A DNA stretch of 64,000 bases from Balanoglossus misakiensis (lineage: Eukaryota; Animalia; Hemichordata), in contig JBECUI020000024.1 in the NCBI GenBank assembly GCA_040954595.2, positions 310,001 through 374,000 on the forward strand, read 5' to 3'. The notes under the pieces were generated by a model. That model was not told the DNA's origin. It saw only the letters and a list, made by a program, of their open reading frames with translations, and did not search any database. Below are positions 60,080 to 64,000 of this stretch, piece after piece. Made by a program: the position numbers and the translations under genes. Each line of letters opens with the position of its first letter. Positions within the stretch are counted from its first letter, which is position 1.

Positions 60080-61510
60080 CGGGGGGGGGGGACACCAACA
60101 TCGTAGTCAGTGAGGTCATCTATGGTGGTGGGCGCGTCTTCCACTCGGCACTCGTGCGCGCACGCTTGGGGGATAAAAAATGCATCAAAACCCCCTGGCG
60201 CGTCCTCGCTCCCCCTGCGTCGATGGATTCTGTGCGACTGCTTCCGCCCCCGTCCTCTCTGGTTGCTGTGTCCGGATTGATGATGTTTTCCGGTGAGGTC
60301 GGATTTCCCGGAATTCTTCCTGTCGTGATTGGGATACCCACCTCAGCAGTATGCTAAGGACACGCCAGTGGATGAGAATCGCTGGTGTGGTGGGGGAGCT
60401 CAGTCGGAACATGTTCGGCACCTCCCACCCCTGGAAGACGCACAGGCGCTTCATCATCACCATGGACTCCGGTGAACAAAAGGATTCCGTAGGGATCCGT
60501 CCAGGTCCGCCCCTGCGGATATAGAAGTCTAGCAGGTCGGGTATTTCATTTCCTGGACCACACAGCCAGTATAGGTGAGTTTCTCTAACGCCTCCACCGC
60601 GTCCCGCTCGCGGAATACTACCGGCTTCTCAGTAAAAATAACTGGAAGGTGGCACTGAAAGGCGTGTTTCTTCAGTTTGCGCGTGGACCTCCGGCCTCCC
60701 GGGAACGGACATGGAGAAGGGCCTGATGAGTAATGTGGAACAGAGGATAGGGGGCTCCTTCGGGCCGGCCTGGCGCTCCTCCAGCGGCGTTCGTCTTCTT
60801 TGGGTGGTTCCGGCGTCGGATACCGGATCGGTGATCGACGTCTGGGGCTGAGATCTCCCCAGCGTGAAAAGGATGGTCGTTCACGGGAAGGTGGGCGGTC
60901 CCGCCTTTCCTCTCGAGAACGCTCCGGTCGCGGCGACCGGGTTGGGGATCTAGACCTAGTATGGCTGCCGGGGTGGCGTCGAAGTTCCCAGGGGATTAGA
61001 TATTCCCCCGCCTCCAACGTCGCTTCCAGCTCCAATGGGTTGATCAGTGACTGCAGCGGCAGCATTTCTTGGCGTGGGGGTGATGGCTCCTGCAGCAGCC
61101 GTTGGTTTCCCCCGTCTCTCGCTACTGCTATTGGGGGTGATACACGGGTGCGGGGTGGGTCTGGCCCTTCCAACACCTCCATCGCCTGGTCCTTGTCGCC
61201 ACCGAGTACCTGTTTTTCCAGCTGCGGATCCCAGAAGATGCTCAAAGTTTCCTCCAGGTCGTCAGCTGCGGTGGTGGTTCTTGTGGGCTCTTGCGGGGAG
61301 ATATGGCCAACGAATCCCCCACGTACGCGGCCTGGATTGAACTCCCGAGGTAGTGTGCGGGTTTTTATGGCTGCGTCGGATGGTACGGGCAGGTTGGCTT
61401 CGGTCTTTTCCTTCCCGTATACATGCATGGCCTCCTCCCGTACCGTGGACATCCATCCTATGTCGCCTAGAACCGTGGCTACTTGACAGTTCTCACGGAG
61501 CATCAGGAAC
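60080..61510 (-). pseudogene. Decayed GC-rich ORF fragment (RS/P-rich region, C2H2-like motif, possible start of a TatD-like domain), probably retroelement-derived
   Basis: Sharp GC shift. Motifs CPFPG(G)RRSTRKLKKHAFQCHLP, SPTTPAILIHWRVLSILL and, after a frameshift, (G)FDAFF...TIDDLTDYDVGVPP resemble N-terminally extended TatD-like ORFs recalled from invertebrate Gypsy elements. Contains stops and frameshifts and is truncated at a G-run. Confidence 0.45.
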
Positions 61511-61527
61511 AGTATTTTATGTCTCAC

Positions 61528-61734
61528 CTCCACTTCAGTTGTCGCTGTTGTATTTAATGTGGACGATGTTTTATATCTGTTGATAACCAATGGGCCTAGT
61601 TTAACTGTGGCACCTACATCCAGTGGCAGCGCTGTTTTCTCACCCCAAAGGTTGACTTCAGCATCTCTTGTGCCATCAGTTATGGTCAGTTTACGTCTCT
61701 TTGTAGAATTCGATGTATGTGTCACTGATTCATA
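61528..61734 (-). CDS. Exon of an RPA70-like OB-fold ssDNA-binding protein (second OB fold)
   Basis: CTACAG|TATGAA...GTGGAG|GTGAGA, 69 codons, phase 0/0. KRRKLTITDGTRDAEVNLWGE resembles the RPA1 KR.I.L.D.S...V..TLWGE motif. Confidence 0.68.
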
Positions 61735-62151
61735 CTGTAGTGGAAATAAAATGGAAAACATTGAATGTTAATAATTACGAGTAGTAAATGTTGTGGAGAA
61801 ATAGTGCAAGAGTGGTTGTTTTTTGTCAGTTGCTTTTTAAAATTTGAACTGCAAAATGATGAATCGATGGCAGTAATTTTGACCCGAGGTGAGTTGACAA
61901 GGCATGGTTGTATCATATAAATGGATTTTCAATGTACGTGATCGCATGGAGGCTGCCATATTGGATTACATCCGAAGACCTTCCCATTGGGCTTCGGTTG
62001 AATTCGGGAAAGGTCTCTAAAATGTAATGGGTCATTCAATTTTGTAGAGTAAATTTCTAAAAATGTAGAAGATGGGAGGTTAAGATACCCAAAATGACTA
62101 CGGCAAAAAAAAAGTCAGGCCCATAAGTTTCGGGGTGCGATTATAACGTAC

Positions 62152-62421
62152 CTTTGCTCTATCATAGAGGCAAATGGTATTATCTCTTCCAGTGGAAAAG
62201 TTGCGGAGCTGTACGTATTCTCCCTTCTGTAATCTGTTCAGCCACTTCGGATTTTCTTTCCAGAATTTAAGTTCCAGAACGTTGCCATCCTGCTGCATAC
62301 AAGGCACGCTAAACAGTTTCCCGTTGGCGGAATTCCGGATCTCGACATCCTCCATGAGGCGCAATTTCAGTGCCACGCCTTGGCTGGTTGGGGATGAGGG
62401 ACCGGGAGCCGGGGATGCCAT
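62152..62421 (-). CDS. First coding exon of the RPA-like OB-fold gene
   Basis: ATG at 62421, 90 codons to GCAAAG|GTACGT. GKLFSV...LELKFW...LQKGEYVQLRNF resembles RPA1 DBD-A (GKLFS...I..T.F....E.GKVY.I). Acceptor TTTCAG precedes 62434; upstream donors at 62705 and ~63640 suggest 5'-UTR exons. Confidence 0.6.
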
Positions 62422-64000
62422 AACGCCGTTAAACCTGAAATATAGATTGAGAGTGGGTATTGTTTTACACAATTTTTGAACATTGAAGTAAAGTATTAGA
62501 ATGATGGAGTCCGATAAAAAAGTGAGTTGGTGATTGCGGCATCCGACTTCGTTATTAAAAATGGAAAGATTTGCGATTTGAGATTCGGTTACCTTTGCAA
62601 GTTTGAAAGGAAATATTTCATTGAAGCACAGTGGCAACTACTGGGTTATGGAGAATCTTTGAAATGTTGTTGAACGGAGACTTATTAGAATCAATGAAAA
62701 CCTACCTTTAACGGCGTTACGGTTACTAAACGTGAGAGACCGCTTGTCTCGTTCATCCGATTCTGAGCTCCTAGCTCTTGTGGAGACATGCGGAGGTACA
62801 GCGGGTTAACGGTTAGAAAGTGTTGATGAAAGAAATAAGTTTATAGGCCAATCAGGAGTTAGATTCGAATGTCCGAAAATGAGAAACCGTAGGCGAACGC
62901 AACAGACAGCAATTTAAATTTGCATAACTAGAGGTTTGGGTGGAAAGATTTCAGAATTTAACGCACATATACAGATATTTTGTAGTGGAAATTTGAGTAT
63001 ATTATAAATAGTACATGTAATAAGACTGTGAATTGATTTTATTTACTGACAATTAAATGCAGTTACCCTTTGAGTATGGGTGTTTATCGAGGGGGGGGGG
63101 GGTCCAAAAAAATGTTAGAAACTGTTGAAGATGAAACCGGAAAGATGTAGCAAATTCGTTAGTTTTCCCTTTTTTGGAAATTATGCTCGAAGCGTGTGAT
63201 TGGTCAATTAGTCAGAAGGGGATTGGTTGGAAATAGTCGAATATGATTGGGCAATAAGTTCGAAGCTGAAATCCCTCAGGCTGTATAAATACGGTGTTTG
63301 TGGCGTGTACTAATGGAGTATGGCTGGGGTGTGTTGTGTCGAGCAGTCTAGTATATCATTTGTGGGGCATTGAATATTTAGAACAAAGTTCTCTATGTCG
63401 GACTTCCTAACATATACTCGATCGTTGATAACAAAACGAGCAGATATTTTTGTGCAAATAGTGTGCGCAAAACAACAACTAAACATGAAGACAACAAGAT
63501 AGTACTGCGTGCGGTGCGACTCGGTTGTAAGCGTCAAGTCAAAAACTGCAAAGACATGCAACAGGTGTAAATATAGTCGACTGAAATGCTGAAAAACCAT
63601 GAATATCGATTGGCTCAAAGTGATGGGAATCGGCTCAACTTACCGGAGGGAATTGGTACATTATATAACGAGTAAACTAGAAAGAAAGAAATCCCAGCGT
63701 TAACACTGGAAATTGTTCATAAATTAATATTTATACATGTATGTGTATATTGCGTAACCTTCGAAAATTCGAATATCATTAGCACTTGGCCTAAAAAGTT
63801 GTGCATTGCGAGTGGGACACTGGGCAATTATTTTTATGGGCCGCCATCGCTATGCAGTTTAGATGTAGTATTTTACTCAACTTTTACCGGCAAGTGAGTG
63901 ATTTGCTTTCAGAAGGTAATGAGACGGAAATAAACTTATGCAATCAGAGTTAATTATTCGTGAGGATACAAACTTTTGTACTAGATTTATTGTAATTTTT

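Noticed and set aside
60529-61761. A single 410-aa gene
   Set aside because: It starts in intronic sequence, crosses a strong splice donor and a sharp GC shift, and is treated as a chimera.

Overview
AT-rich, intron-bearing, repeat-dense animal DNA. The repeat families suggest a marine invertebrate deuterostome, but that is inference. No intact housekeeping gene, rRNA, tRNA or CRISPR array is visible. From left to right: (1) three copies of a ~1.9-2.3 kb tandem macro-repeat (353-12838), interrupted by a Helentron-type non-autonomous element and an apparently intact PAT-like DIRS tyrosine-recombinase retrotransposon (3986-8853). (2) A CACT-ended DNA transposon (12839-23537) with bipartite TIRs and a CAG 3-bp duplication. 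It encodes a frameshifted RAG1/Transib-like DDE transposase and, tail-to-tail with it, an intact 206-aa orphan ORF; a young Gypsy element (18135-23261) is nested in it. This is the most interesting object in the window. (3) A 6.5-kb satellite with an 86-bp unit. (4) A ~28.7-kb imperfect palindrome (arms ~30020-38688 and ~47042-58725) whose arms contain further nested inverted repeats, MITEs and Helentron derivatives, around a spacer holding an orphan pentraxin-like exon. (5) A spliced RPA-like OB-fold gene on the minus strand, abutting a decayed GC-rich ORF fragment that may be TatD-associated. All family assignments come from motif recognition by eye; no searches were run.
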